From Monocercomonoides exilis PA203 (taxonomy: Eukaryota; Protista; Preaxostyla): a stretch of DNA of 64,000 bases. The stretch covers positions 434,001 to 498,000 of the forward strand of contig LSRY02000052.1 in NCBI GenBank assembly GCA_001643675.2, read 5' to 3'. Within the stretch, counting starts at the first letter, position 1, and every line of letters starts with the position of its first letter. The notes beneath the pieces are model-generated. The model searched no databases and was not told the origin of the DNA. It was given only the letters and a program-made list of their open reading frames with translations. This document shows, one piece after another, positions 40,256 to 53,389 of this stretch. Made by a program: the position numbers and the translations under genes.

Positions 40256-42379
40256 GTGGAAACGACCATTCAAACACAAATGAAAGAATTTGGTGCTTCA
40301 AGTGAAAATCCTTTTTCTGTACCTTCTTCAAGTTTTTTGCATTTAGCACCTTGCAACAAAGATTCCTTTATGAATTTTACCAAATCAATAACTGATTCAA
40401 AACATTCTCAATTTACTCATCTTACGGATTTCATGTCGGAGAAAAATGAAAAAGATTTTTCTTTTTTTCAACGAAAATTAATTTCAGATATTTTGGAAAA
40501 ATCAAAGCCTACAGAAGCATTGAGCACGTCGAATGATGAAATGCAAATGCTTGATGTTGAAGCACCACTCAATGCTGAGGGGCAACAAAAATTGAAGAAT
40601 AATCTATCCAATAACAACAATGTGGCATTTCAACCAGAAGAGATCAATCAAAATATGAGCGAATGTCATGTAGGTGAATATTTAAAAGTGTTTGAACATC
40701 CACTTACTTCAGTCACGAAACCTCCTCCAAAGCCTAATCCTTCACAACTCCAACAACGTCTAATGACAAAGGATTATCCAATAGAAGCATCAACCATCCA
40801 AGTTATAAGTGAATTTGGTAAAGAACTTCTCCAACTGAAGCAAAAACACAATCATTTCCATGAAAATCATAATCCGAGAAATGAAAAGAATTTTCTTTCA
40901 TCTCAACAGTCCCAAGATCAGAAGCCGATGAGCCGTCCTTCAACACCAGCAAGTGCTTGTTCAACCGACTCAACATGGTCACTGGAGCCGCAGCTGGAAG
41001 ACAACATCACGCGGTGGCAGCCAGATCCCGCAAAGAAGACGAACCGCTCGTTTGACGTGGAGGTTGAGCTCGAAGATGCGAGTGTGTCGTGGGCATGGTC
41101 GGTGGATGAGGATGGGCTGTTCCGCAAGTGGCGTGCGGAGGACATGGCACATGCTGCCCAGAAGATGAAGGTGTCTTTGCTTGCAGAAGAAAGCACAGCA
41201 AAAGCAGACAGTGCGACAAACAGCAAGGAACCGAAAGGAAGCGACAAGGCTATTGGAGAAAAGAGGCGTGCAGTGATTAAGAGGCAGATCAAAGAGGCGC
41301 TTGAACACTGGCGCGTGTTTGGGAGGTGGCTAAAGAAGTCGTGGGTGACAGACGAGGAGGAGCAGCGCCTGTGGGAGGCTGCTGAGGCCAAAGCGCAGTC
41401 AAAACTGATCGAAGCGCAGAGAGAGGTAGAGGAAGGGAAGGTGGGGAAGCAGACACTGGAAGAAACGAGAATAGCGCTGAGGGAGGAGTATGAGAAGGGA
41501 AGTGATGCGGAGCTGACTGAGAAGCTTGTGAAAGTCATTCAGTGCAAAGAAGACAAGATGCTGAAGAAGTCAAAAGTGGCTGGGTTGACACAAATTGAGA
41601 AGTATTGGCTGAAAGTGGGGAAGCAAAACAGACAGAAATGGAAAGAAGAAAACAGCACTGCAAAGTTGTTGCCTTCATTCGAGAGGCCATTTCAGCAGCA
41701 GGCAAATGCCATGCAGCAGAATGAAATGGAAAGAAATTTCTCTTTCGCGAAAACTTTGCATTCGGAAGCATCTCAACAAACATGCTCCTTACCAACATTT
41801 ACAAGTATATCTTTGAATGAACAAGTGGATGAACAGATTATTTCTGAACATGACGAGGATTGCCTGCCAACACAGAATGCTGAAGTGATTTCCTTCAAAC
41901 CACTTTGTTTATATTTTCAGTTTATGAATCCTTTTCCATTGATGGCAAAAGATGCAACAGAATCAGCAAACACTGTTATCCATGCTGTTATTTCTTCTGA
42001 TCCCTTATTGCTAGAAGAATCAAATTCCCAACAAAAATTCCAGCTATTTGACAGAAATGAGAAACTCAGAGCTTTCAATGACACTTCATATGGAATGCGA
42101 AAAGCTAAAAGAAAAAGAAAAAAAGGAATTATTCAATCACTTTACGAAAATATAGATCCAATTTTTGATGAAGTGAGGAATTCGCCTCCTCTTGTTGTTC
42201 CATTTATTAAAGCCACATTATTTAATAAATGCACTTTTCGAAACGATGCGTGTTCATTTACGAGAAACAATAGCATAAAACAGATTAAACATCTTCAAAA
42301 TAGTTTGATTCAAAGCGAACTGAATCATATGCCCCTTTTGTCGAAGCCAATAATTAGTGTACTAGGTTTACATGTGTAA
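40256..42379 (+). CDS. Hypothetical protein, paralog in the same unknown family (first ATG at 40280)
   Basis: 707-aa ORF containing RRAVIKRQIKEALEHWRVFGRWLKKSWVTDEEEQRLWEAAE. Confidence 0.75.
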   Translation: METTIQTQMKEFGASSENPFSVPSSSFLHLAPCNKDSFMNFTKSITDSKHSQFTHLTDFMSEKNEKDFSFFQRKLISDILEKSKPTEALSTSNDEMQMLDVEAPLNAEGQQKLKNNLSNNNNVAFQPEEINQNMSECHVGEYLKVFEHPLTSVTKPPPKPNPSQLQQRLMTKDYPIEASTIQVISEFGKELLQLKQKHNHFHENHNPRNEKNFLSSQQSQDQKPMSRPSTPASACSTDSTWSLEPQLEDNITRWQPDPAKKTNRSFDVEVELEDASVSWAWSVDEDGLFRKWRAEDMAHAAQKMKVSLLAEESTAKADSATNSKEPKGSDKAIGEKRRAVIKRQIKEALEHWRVFGRWLKKSWVTDEEEQRLWEAAEAKAQSKLIEAQREVEEGKVGKQTLEETRIALREEYEKGSDAELTEKLVKVIQCKEDKMLKKSKVAGLTQIEKYWLKVGKQNRQKWKEENSTAKLLPSFERPFQQQANAMQQNEMERNFSFAKTLHSEASQQTCSLPTFTSISLNEQVDEQIISEHDEDCLPTQNAEVISFKPLCLYFQFMNPFPLMAKDATESANTVIHAVISSDPLLLEESNSQQKFQLFDRNEKLRAFNDTSYGMRKAKRKRKKGIIQSLYENIDPIFDEVRNSPPLVVPFIKATLFNKCTFRNDACSFTRNNSIKQIKHLQNSLIQSELNHMPLLSKPIISVLGLHV

Positions 42380-42805
42380 GCATTACCTCCTTTTTCATTT
42401 CCATTTAAATGAAAATAAGCCTATAAATATTTGGATTATTTTTTTTTTTTTTGCGAAACCACAATTTTTTATTCATAACAGATGAAAAAAGAACTTGCTT
42501 AAAATCGATGCAAATAGAAATGCAAGTTTATTCTTATATATTCTTTGCTTCTTTAGATAAAATTTACGATCTTTACACATGTTCTTATGTAATTTTGAAT
42601 TTTAAATTTAATTCTTTAATAATGAAATAATTATTGTTTCATTAAACATTCAGGAATCAAAACATGGAATTCAATCATCGAAAAGAATTTCTTCTTTTTC
42701 ACAGGCCCCGGTTAATCGCTCATTCGGTCGTTTGCTTTTCTTTGACTTGATGATTTATTTAAAATTACCCAATGACATGTTAATTGTTACAAACATTTAT
42801 TTTAT

Positions 42806-44905
42806 TTGATTTTAGGGGATATTTCTTTCGTAACTTTCCCCAAGAAAGCGAATATTAAGCATGATTCCCCGATTATCATCCCTTTTCCAACAGTTGTGCA
42901 ACCTTCTTTATCTTCATTATCCACAGCTCTTCCGAGTTCAAGTGGTAAAAATATGACAGCATCTGGAACGTCTTCACCATTTTTCATTCAGCCCTCTGGA
43001 ACAGAACTAATTGCATTAACAAATGTTGCTTCGAATGAATTAGCTTTAGATGAGCTTACTCCTAAAAATGAAAATCAACTTTCAAAAGCATTTTCATCTT
43101 TTCAATTCTCAGTAAGAAAATCATCAAACATTCATCAACAACCACACGCGGAGCCAAAAATACATTCTAAAATCACATCACAAAACCAAAAAACAATCGA
43201 ACAATGTTTGCTGGATTCACAAAAATTACCTTTTCAATTAGAAATGCTAAATCAAGAGGAAATCATTGAATATGATCCGAAGAAAAAACTAGACGAGCTT
43301 GATTGCGAGATGTTGGAGAAGATGAAAGGTGAATCAATAATGCACAGATGGAGAAGAGAAGACTCATTTGCAATGGAAGATGCAAGAGACGCATCGAATC
43401 TTGTGGAGAAGGAAGGAATTGAAAATGCCGAAGAAAAAAATGACAAGGCCCAAAATTTAGAGAAAAGCAAACATAAAATGGGAAAGTACAGACGCGAGCT
43501 AATTCGAAGGCAAATACAAGAAGCGAAGTATCATCAGAAGATTTTTGGGGTTTGGCTGAGAAAAACATGGATTGTGGATGAGGAAGAAAAAGAAATGTGG
43601 TCAAAAGCCGAACGAAAGGCGCTGGGCAAAGACAGGGAACAGGCGATGCAAAGAGAAGGAAGCGCTCAAAAAGAGCTGTTCACACTGGAAGAGCTCAAAA
43701 CGAGGCTTCAGGAGGCAGAAAATGAGGGAATGGCTGAACACGAGACGGAGTGTCTGAGACAGGAAATAGAGAGGCTGGAGGCGAAGCGAGAGAAGAAAGA
43801 GAGGTGGAGTGGGCTGAGCAAGATGGAAAGATATGCGCTGGAGAAGGCGAAGGGAATGGAGACAGAGCAGTCTGAGTATTTCACGTCGTTCAGCCCACTC
43901 ATGCGCGATCTGCGGAACGATCCTCCAAAAAAGCCAAAATGCGACAATCAAAAAAAGAACACTGAAAAAGACAACAGAAACAATCAGCCACTTTTGCCTT
44001 CTTTACCTTCTTCACCTTCTTTGCTTCTCGAGCACTTTGAACAGAACGAAGTTTCGTTGCCATATGAAGAAAGTTCAATTCATTCATCTTCTCCAATGCT
44101 CTCTCAATGCTTGCTATCTGCTGACAATACAACTTGTGGTGCTTCTTCTTCGCTGAGACTTGCAAATCCTTCATTTTTGTGTTCGTTGCCTTCTTTGCCA
44201 ACACAAAAAGCGTCTTTTTTATCAGAAATTGCACCTGATGCTAAATATTTTGGAAACGATAATTCATTAATTAATCCATCAGCTTCGCCATTAACATCAT
44301 CATCATCACATTCTTCTTCTTCTTCTTCTTCTTCAACTTCTTCAAATTCTGCTCCGTTGCTGACATTCAACATGCAATCTCTGAAAGCACAAAGGATGCC
44401 ACATCCAAAAGATTCATCCACAACACAAATTCCTTTTTCTGACTCAAAATTCAATTGTTCTGCTTCTTCTGTGTTTCATTCACAAAAAACGCCTGCAAAT
44501 ACATTCAATCTTCTCATTGACCCATTTCATTCAGTTTCGAATGAGAGCAATGAAGAACAAATCCCATGTACTGTTCTTTCAGTTGATGTCAGTCCTCAGT
44601 TTGACATGCACAATTTGGAGAAAGTGGTTATCGATTATGATGAGCATTTGTCACGCTTTTACGATCCAATGAACAATCCAAGAAAAATTAAGAAATTCTT
44701 AAAATGGGGTAAAGATGCTACGAAGAAGATGACCAAGACTGCTCAATTGCTATCTGAAATAAAGGAATGCTCAATGATTGTTGTATCTTTTTCTGCAAAA
44801 GAATTACTGAACAAAAAAATCGGAATTCAGAAAAATGATCTTGTAAAATCCATATTTGAAAACAAATTGGATAAAAAAAGTTATTTCTTTTTGTTTTGCA
44901 CATAA
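42806..44905 (+). CDS. Hypothetical protein, paralog in the same unknown family (5' end uncertain)
   Basis: 699-aa ORF containing RRELIRRQIQEAKYHQKIFGVWLRKTWIVDEEEKEMWSKAE. Confidence 0.75.
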   Translation: MILGDISFVTFPKKANIKHDSPIIIPFPTVVQPSLSSLSTALPSSSGKNMTASGTSSPFFIQPSGTELIALTNVASNELALDELTPKNENQLSKAFSSFQFSVRKSSNIHQQPHAEPKIHSKITSQNQKTIEQCLLDSQKLPFQLEMLNQEEIIEYDPKKKLDELDCEMLEKMKGESIMHRWRREDSFAMEDARDASNLVEKEGIENAEEKNDKAQNLEKSKHKMGKYRRELIRRQIQEAKYHQKIFGVWLRKTWIVDEEEKEMWSKAERKALGKDREQAMQREGSAQKELFTLEELKTRLQEAENEGMAEHETECLRQEIERLEAKREKKERWSGLSKMERYALEKAKGMETEQSEYFTSFSPLMRDLRNDPPKKPKCDNQKKNTEKDNRNNQPLLPSLPSSPSLLLEHFEQNEVSLPYEESSIHSSSPMLSQCLLSADNTTCGASSSLRLANPSFLCSLPSLPTQKASFLSEIAPDAKYFGNDNSLINPSASPLTSSSSHSSSSSSSSTSSNSAPLLTFNMQSLKAQRMPHPKDSSTTQIPFSDSKFNCSASSVFHSQKTPANTFNLLIDPFHSVSNESNEEQIPCTVLSVDVSPQFDMHNLEKVVIDYDEHLSRFYDPMNNPRKIKKFLKWGKDATKKMTKTAQLLSEIKECSMIVVSFSAKELLNKKIGIQKNDLVKSIFENKLDKKSYFFLFCT

Positions 44906-45235
44906 CTTATATTTATTTATTCAAAAATTTACGTTTGCATATTGAATGAAAATTCTCACAAAAATTATATCATCAATCATTTTTGCTCAAAGAATCATTT
45001 TCGTTGCATTTGTCACGAAATATTGATATTTTAACACTTTCATTTAAATATTTTTATTGTTAAGAACAAATAATATTCATTTATTGAAAATTTTTATTTC
45101 ATTAGAGTCAAAATGATTCCATGATCATGACATCCCTTTACAGCCTACTCTCCAATATAACATAAGTGCTGTTTTGGACGCTTGAGGTGACATTTCTCAG
45201 TTATTTCGATGTCATTAACTACTGAAAATAAGTTA

Positions 45236-48200
45236 ATGCTCTCTGGAAGCGAAATAGCTGGATTAGAATTTGTATCAAAAGACTTTGAGAAACAAAATCA
45301 GATTATCGCCTCTTCCGGTTTGAAAGCATATTTTTATTCTGATTCTATAAAAGCTGAAATTTCCTTATAAAATTTTAACAAAAATTTATATTATTTTCTG
45401 GATTTGAAAGATGAACACGTTTCATTCAAAACTCAGCATTTGAGCCTTTCAATTGATCCAAATTCCGTGAGAGACTTTTTCTCTTTGGACACTCAAAAAA
45501 GAAGCAGTGCTTTTCAAGCAATGGACATGATTGAAGGAAAACGACCTTCTTCCCAAGCTGATCTTCCAGAGAATTCATTCCTTTCTTTACCACCTTCACA
45601 GCTCCAAACACAAAAAATAGAATATCGCCGTAAAGGAGATGAAAAATCAATCGATTCAATGGCGGATATTTCGCTTTTGGATCCGTTGGCTGCCAAAGAA
45701 CATAAAAAGAAGGACAAAAAATCAAATCCATTCCGCTCATCTCAAAAGCATAAAGATAATAGCGAAGGAAACAAAAAAGAAAAGCACAAGCGAAGGCATC
45801 ATCATGGATCAATTTCCACGGATGTTGAAAAATCAAAACTTCAATCATCTTTTCAAGTATCTTCAGTGAATGATCAATCGATGAATCTTCTAGCAAATAT
45901 TTCCCTTACTCAGCCACTTCCTATGACAAGGGAATCGAAAGCAGAGTTGAATGATAAAAAATGTTACACAGAAAACAGCAGCCATCTTCGCATGACAACT
46001 CCCTCGGAAATTTCTGAAAACACTCATAACAATTATGAAGATGAACAATGCATAAAACCAACTGAGATTATCAGCGAAAATGAAATAGCGATTCGAAACC
46101 TCTTTAAGGCATCTACTGCAAAGACAGCTGCAGTCAACGTGCATTCTGAAGCGTCTGGACCTTCAACAGCATCTCCTCACACGCTCCTGTCTCCAAGCAC
46201 CACAGCCAGCCAACTCACTTCTCCCTTTTCTCCTTCCTCTTCTTCATCTTCTTCAGGACCCAACAAAACCTCCTTCCCCTCATATCTTTCCCATCCCATG
46301 TCTCTTCCTCTTCCTGAAGTGCATTCTGTCTCCGCAAAGGAGCCAGAGGTCATCCTCACCGATCCTCCTCTCCTCCAGCCATACGACCCAGACAAGCTTC
46401 TCTATCTCTCTCCTCTCTCTTCCTACCCAGACACACAAGGCACAACAGACACAACAGACAAGCCATCTTCATCTGGATTCGTATCTAACAACAAGCAGCT
46501 CCTCTCCTTCTCTCCCATCCCTGGTGCCTCTGTGCCGTCTCCTCCTTCGTCGCCCAGTGCAGATGTGCACCGAACATCCTCTCTATCTTCTGCCCACAGC
46601 ATCCACAGCACCCTCAGCTCTGAAGCATCGCAGGCGCCAAATTCTGTTCCGCTCCACACAAACAGCTTCTTCTCCACTCCGCTCGACAGCCTCGCTGCCA
46701 ATCTGCCGCAGTCTTTTTCATCAACCGCCAGCGGGCTTGCTGCCTCAGAGCATGCCAGCTCCTTCCATCAGTACTCTTCTTTCATGATAAACACACCTGC
46801 ATCTTCTTCTGTTTCATCGCCAGCTTCTTCTCTTACTTGGTCATCGTCCAACCAGAACTCATCAATGACATCAGCTTCTTCATCATCTTCCTTCTCCTCC
46901 TCTTCCTCCTCTTCTTCCTTGTCATCTTCATCATCCACAGCAGCCTCTTCCTCCTTCTCTTCTTTCCTCTCAAACACTGTGAATGACACTCTGAGCGATT
47001 GCCTTCCCCCTTCTCTTCTGCCTCAGTCATCGACCTTCCAGTCCTCCATCGATGCTCCATTTCACCACTCAAACTACCCTCTTTCCTCCAACTACACTTT
47101 TCTCCAGCTCTACCCAAACAAACACTCTAACCCTCACCTCTTGTCGAAGACTGCTAATATTTCATCTTCTTCCTCCTCATCATCTTTATCAGCAACAACA
47201 TCGTCTTCTTCCTCATCCTCTTCTTCTTCCTCTTCTGTTGCCTCATCTTTTGTATCAACCATCACCTCTTCCACATTTTCCCCTTCAACCTCACTCGTTG
47301 CCCCCATCTCTTCATCATACGATCAGATCTTAGTGGCATCTTCTCCTCAAAGCGACTCCCTCTTCATCGGCTCACCTGCACTTGCTGAGCATCTCTCACT
47401 AACTGAACAGTTCGACGCTGCTTCTTCCTCCTTTGCCTCCTCCTCCTCTTCAGAGCACCCGAAGTATCTGCCTGACCATCCTTCTCTTTCTGCCTCTGCT
47501 ACGCAGCAGACAAACAGCAGCAGCTACGCCGTCCAAAGCGATCTCTATCCTTCGTCTCTCTCTTCATCCTCACCTGCCTTCTGCGCATATGCCCATTCTG
47601 ATGCTGCTGTTGATCTGCCCTTCGCATTCTCTTCGACTTCCTCTTCTTCTGCTGCCATGTCTACTTCTCTCGTGTCTTCTTCCTCTTCTTCCTCTTCCTC
47701 TTCCTCTTCTTCTTCAAATTCTTCTTCTTCATCAACTGCTTCTGCTTTATCTTCATTGTCGCCATCGATGTCTTCTGCATCAGCTAATACATTTGCTTCT
47801 TCTTTGTTCTCTCCTTCTCTTTCTTCTTCTGCTCTATCAAACTTAAGTCCCTCTCATTCACTTCTTCCATTCTCTTCCTCAAAGCCTTTATCTTCGCACT
47901 CTCAATTGCTGCCAACAGCAACAATAATAACATCTTCATCTTCTTCATCTTCTTCCTCTTCTTCCTCCTCCTCATCATCAACATCATCATCAGATGTATC
48001 AGCCAATGCTCCTCAGTTTCTGTCTTCGCCTCGCATTTCTTTTGAGTCCAACTCACCTGCCATGGGCACTGATGGGTCTTTGTTTGTGCAGCTGACAGCG
48101 GAAATGAAGAAAGAGGAGGAAGAGAAAAGAGGAGAAGATAGAGAAATGCTGCTGAAGTACAAGCAGAGCAAGCAGAAGGAGAGGAGCAGGGAGAGAAGGA

Positions 48201-51200
48201 AGGGAAGAGGAAAGGGAAGAGGGAAAGAACGAGGGAATGAAAATGGCTCAACTTTGAATGGAAGCACAGATAACAAGGCAGATGGAAAAACAGATGAAAT
48301 GGACAAGAATCAAAGTGTGGATGCAAACAATCAAACAAAAGATGCAAAATATCAAAATGAAAAAGATGCTTTAGAAAATATTGAAGATTCCAATTCATCA
48401 ATACCATCTTCTGCTTGCTTTAATTTCACTTCTCTTTCTTTGACAACACCAGAAAGTATGTTGAAGAAGAGAGAGGATAAAAGGGATTCAGTGAAGAATC
48501 CAATAAATGAGGATAATTCTGCAAGTGGAAGTTTCATTGAACAGTCAGAGAAGAATTCTGAAGAGACAAACAGAACAAAATTGGAAAATGAAACAGAAAA
48601 GACAGAAAGTGTGCCAAAAGATGAAGAAAGACAAGAAGAAAAGAATAAACAAAACAGCAGGCAGATAAAAGAAGAAGATCAGATGAGAGAAGGAAAGAAC
48701 AGAAACAATGGAGGATTAGCAGCTGAATCAAAGGAGACACTTGAAAAAGGTGCAGATGAAACAGAAAGACTGAAAAACAATGACAAATCCAGACACATTC
48801 AGAAATCTACTGGATCATCATCAGCATTACAGAAGAGTGTAAAAGAAGCAGCAGATGATGAAGTCGACGAAGATAGAGAAGAAGAGGAAGATGACGACGA
48901 TGAAGAAGAAAGCAATGAAAGTGAGAGAGAAGATGATACCAACAGCAACGATTCATCTACAGACACAACCACATCTGACTCAGCCTCTGTCATCTCTCTC
49001 TCTTCTTCGACATCTTCTTTTGTGTCTCTGCTGTCTGAGTCGCTTCTTTCGCAGTCGTCTCACTCCAACCACAGCAGACACTCTGCATCCTGTCCAAGAA
49101 GCAGCTCTGCCAACAACACATCCACCGGAACCAGCGCTGACAAAGAGAACAGCTCAATCAATCAGACAAAGTCGCCATTCTCTTCCTCCCCTTCACCTTC
49201 CATCGCTGCCTCTGCCTCTTCCTCTGCCTCTGTGTCTGTCTCTTCTTCTGTTTCTGTCCACTCAGCATCGCGTGCCAAGACGCCTCAGATGATCTTCTCG
49301 TCTGCCTCACCAAACTCCATTCCCACTCCATTCCCTGCCGTCTCCTCAAAACTCTCCTTTTCTGGCAGCGTCGGCTCCCCTGGCATCGGAATGATGCTGC
49401 CCTTTCAGTCAGCACAGCTGGCAAGGCAGCCACCAAATGGACAGGGCAACACAACAGACAATATTTCTCTGCCATCACCTGGTCTGCCTTCGTTCACGCA
49501 GTTCCCCTCTTCTCCTTCCATTCCTTCCATCCCGTCTTATCCTTCCTTCTCGACGTCGATGGCAGCCACCTCCCCCTTCACGATGCCTGCACTCTACTTA
49601 AACAGCCAATCTCCTGACTCTTCACCCACTCTCATCCCTTCGCTCATCCACTCGGCCATTGCCAATTCTTCGCCTGGCATTGCGCCTGCACTCCCTCCTT
49701 CTCAGCAAGAACAGCCGAAACAGCAGAGCCAACAGACACAGCAGTCACAGCTGTCTGCACAGTCATCAACGCAACAGCAGCAGGGTCAACAGCAGAGCCA
49801 GCAACACACAACTCATTCTGTGCACTTCAGCTCCATTCAGAGCAAAGAAGGAAAGAACAAAAATGCTTCTGACCCATCTTTTGCACAGGCTCCTCTGCCA
49901 ACCATTCGATTTGTTCCTCTTTCGTCTTCGACTGTTGGAAGTGCTGGTGGCACACCCAGCACACTCACTAGCACCACTCCTCCTGCTGGTGACTCTCCTT
50001 TCATTGCTTCTGCATCTTCTTCTTCTTCTTCATCTCCATCAACATCTTCAACGCTTTCCTTATCTTCCTCCTCTTCTTCATCTTCTTCTCTCTCACCGTC
50101 TGCTGCTCAGTCTTCATTCAGCACAAATCAGTCATTTTCATTGACTTCTCTGCCAACAATGTGGAGTCCTATCACAAATGGCCCTTTGGCTGCGCCTGCA
50201 CCGATGCTTCCTCCGCACATCCAGTCACTCAGCCAGAGTCAACATGCTGTTCAGTCACAAAGTAATCTTCCTTCTTCTTCTTCTTCTTCTTCTTCAACTT
50301 CCTCATCGCTATCTTCTTCTTCTTCTTCTTCCCTTTCTCCATCTTCCTCTTTGAGTGTATCTCATCAGACAGCATCATCCTCAGCTTTGAAGTCATCTCC
50401 CTCTCAATCGAATTCTCAGACTGAACAGAACAATCAGTCAAATGTGCCAACACTCCAGCCACTGTCTCGCCTTCCCCAGGCAAACATCCAATCTCCCTTG
50501 AAACAGACCTTCTTTCCTTCTTTCCTCCATCTCTCCACGTCTGCCCGCTCTTTTGTGCCGCACAAGCCGTCTTCGCTCTCTTCGACATCTGCAGAGTCAA
50601 ATCCACCTTCTCAAATTGCACAGAAGATGAATGCATCGCAGAACACACCACTGCAACAATCATCACAGCAGAAGATGACAGAACAGAAGCAGATGAATCA
50701 ACAACAACAGCAGCAGCAGCAACTGAATCAGCAAGAAACGATGATTCGTGCTGAAGGAGCAGCTTATCGACAGTTTAAAGATGACTCGATGAATCAAAGG
50801 ACAGAAAATGGAAGAATAATGAATACTCAATTTCGTATGGATGGAGTGGCAGAGAAACGCAGCAACACTTTTGATGCAACTGCAATGCGTCCTCAACAGA
50901 TGCAGATGCAAACACAAATAAAAACACAAAAGCAAATGCAGATGCAAATGCCGACAAATCAGCAGGAATGGGGTGCTGCGATGGGAGTGACAAGAGAGAT
51001 GGAGGAGCCTTTTGCGAATGAGCAGAAGATGATGAAGCTGATTATCCTGCCACAACAACAGCAGCAGCAGCAACAGCAACAACAAGCACAGCATCAACAA
51101 CAGCCACAGATTTTGATGTATTCACAGCCTCATTTGCAGCAGCAACCCCAACAGCAGCCTCTTCAACAAATGCAGATGATTCAGTTTCCTCCTTCTCAGC

Positions 51201-51877
51201 ACATTCAACAAATTCAACAGATTCAGCAAGTTCAATCAGTTCAATCAATTCAACCTGTTCAGTCGTCTTATCAGTTCGCAAAGGCACAGCCAGGTCCCTC
51301 AATCAAGTTGGTCGGGCTTCTTCCCCATCGCGTCATCACTCCACAGGAGCTGTCGTACATGCAGTCTTCGTCGTATGTCCATCCAATTCCACTGCAGCCA
51401 CAAGGATTCAATGCTCCTTCATTTACTGCACAGGACAGAGTATCTGCTGAACATTTTGCTCCTTTCCAATCGTATGGACAGTTTGATGCTCCTCGTTCTA
51501 TGCATCCATCGATGACTTCAGCAATACCTATGCCATCATCATCTTCTTCTTCATCCTTTTCTTCTTCTCCTTCTCCTTCACCATCGCCTTCTTCCATGTC
51601 CATGTCTATGACTTCTGGCACATCCCCAACAGAGCCAACGCCCTTCCCAGCTGACAGATGCTACCATTGTGGTGCAAAAGGGCATCAGTTCATCGACTGT
51701 CCTCTTCATCGTGAGAAGCTCTCAGTCGACAGAGACTCATGTTTCCGATGCGGAAGAAAGGGACACACGTCGAAGGAGTGCACATTTGAGGACACGCGGG
51801 TGTGTTTTGTCTGCGGAGGTGTTGGACACATTTCGAAGGAGTGCCCAACAAGAAAGAAAAAGAAAAAAGGCAAATAA
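45236..51877 (+). CDS. Very large Ser/Gln-rich disordered protein with three C-terminal CCHC zinc knuckles
   Basis: 2157-aa ORF with CYHCGAKGHQFIDC, CFRCGRKGHTSKEC and CFVCGGVGHISKEC (CX2CX4HX4C). A probable first exon at 45236-45317 (MLSGSEIAG...) is spliced via GTTTGA...AAG to 45411. Confidence 0.85.
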
Positions 51878-53389
51878 AAATTTGTGGTTGAGTATGATTG
51901 TTGTTTATGTTATTGTTGTCAGTTTTGAAAAAAATATTTTTTTTTTTTTATTTTTTTTTATTTTTATTTATTTTAAATATTTTCATTGAGAATTTGATGA
52001 ATATATTTGTTAATGATTTTCAGAGAGTTAATTGTCGGCACTCTAACTTTTGTGTGTTTGAGAGGCTTCTTTACCTTTCGTATTTATTTCATTTATTCGA
52101 TATTTGGAGTGCAATTCGTAATAAAATATTTTTTTTTTTTGTTTTGGTTTTTTAAAAGAATACCTAATTGTTATCTTTTTAATGCAACATTTTATTCATT
52201 ATTCTTTTGCTTTTTTTGAGCTTTGTTGAGATTTATTGTGAATTTTTTTTTTTGTTTTGTCCAAGTTTTATAAATTGGATTTCTTCAAAAATGTGTTTAG
52301 TTTTTTATAGATTATTTTTTTGTTTGCTCTTTTGATGAAAAATGTCATTTGTGAACAGAAATGTACAGAATTAAATATTCATTAACATTCGAATTCAGAG
52401 ATTTCACTCCACGCATTTTAAGTTTTCGTAATCAAAATCTCACTTTTCTTTTTCCTGTTGAGCGATTGACAATGATTGAGCCAGTTGCATTCGATTGGTT
52501 TTCACAATCAGTTGATAATGCCGAGAAGGACAAAGAATGAAAAAGTTGAAAAAGCAAAAGAAGAAGAAGAGAAGGAGAAATGGCTTTTTTTTAATGGTTC
52601 CAAATAAAGACGGAGATAGGGAGAGATAGAAAAGAATAATCTTCAAACAGACCAGATCAATAAAAGATCAATATCCTTATGAGAAATAAATTCTTATTTT
52701 TTTCTTCAAAGATTTGCTTATCCAAAAACGTGTTATTGAAATAACAAACATCGGTTCTTTTACAGAAGAGTTTGCGATCAAAAAATGAAGAATCTCCTTT
52801 CTTATTCATGAAAAAAACCTTGCTGTCTTGAATTTTCCTCTCTTGCATTTGTGCTAACTCACCTTTCCTTTCTAACTTTCTTCCAATGTTTTGAACCTTG
52901 TTAATTTTACAAACAGCAAAAATATTTCTTTTATTCAACAAAAAAAGTGATCATTTTTCAGAAATCTTATCAACCTAAAAACATGTCACACACTCAACAC
53001 GAATAAGCACACTCATCGATGAAATTTGTAAGAAGAGAGATCAAATAAAAAAAGTGAATTGGAAGATTTTAATTAAAAGTGAAATGACTGCAATTGAAGT
53101 GATATGAAAACTTTCAAAAATGATTTATAATCAAATAAGAAATTGAAAAAGCAAAAACTTTTGAAGAATGAAAAGTACCTCTGAAACAGGGTCAATGAGG
53201 AAGAAATAAGAATGCTAATAATCAATCCCCTTTCTATTTCTGTCTGTTGCTTTTCAACTTTTTTATTTCGCATTCAACTCTTTTCTTTATTTCTCTCAGA
53301 AAATATTCAATTGTCATTTGCTCATTTGCACCTTTCAGTAATTTCGTTGATTTGAATTAATCCACACTTTTGTTTTCTTTGGATAAATA

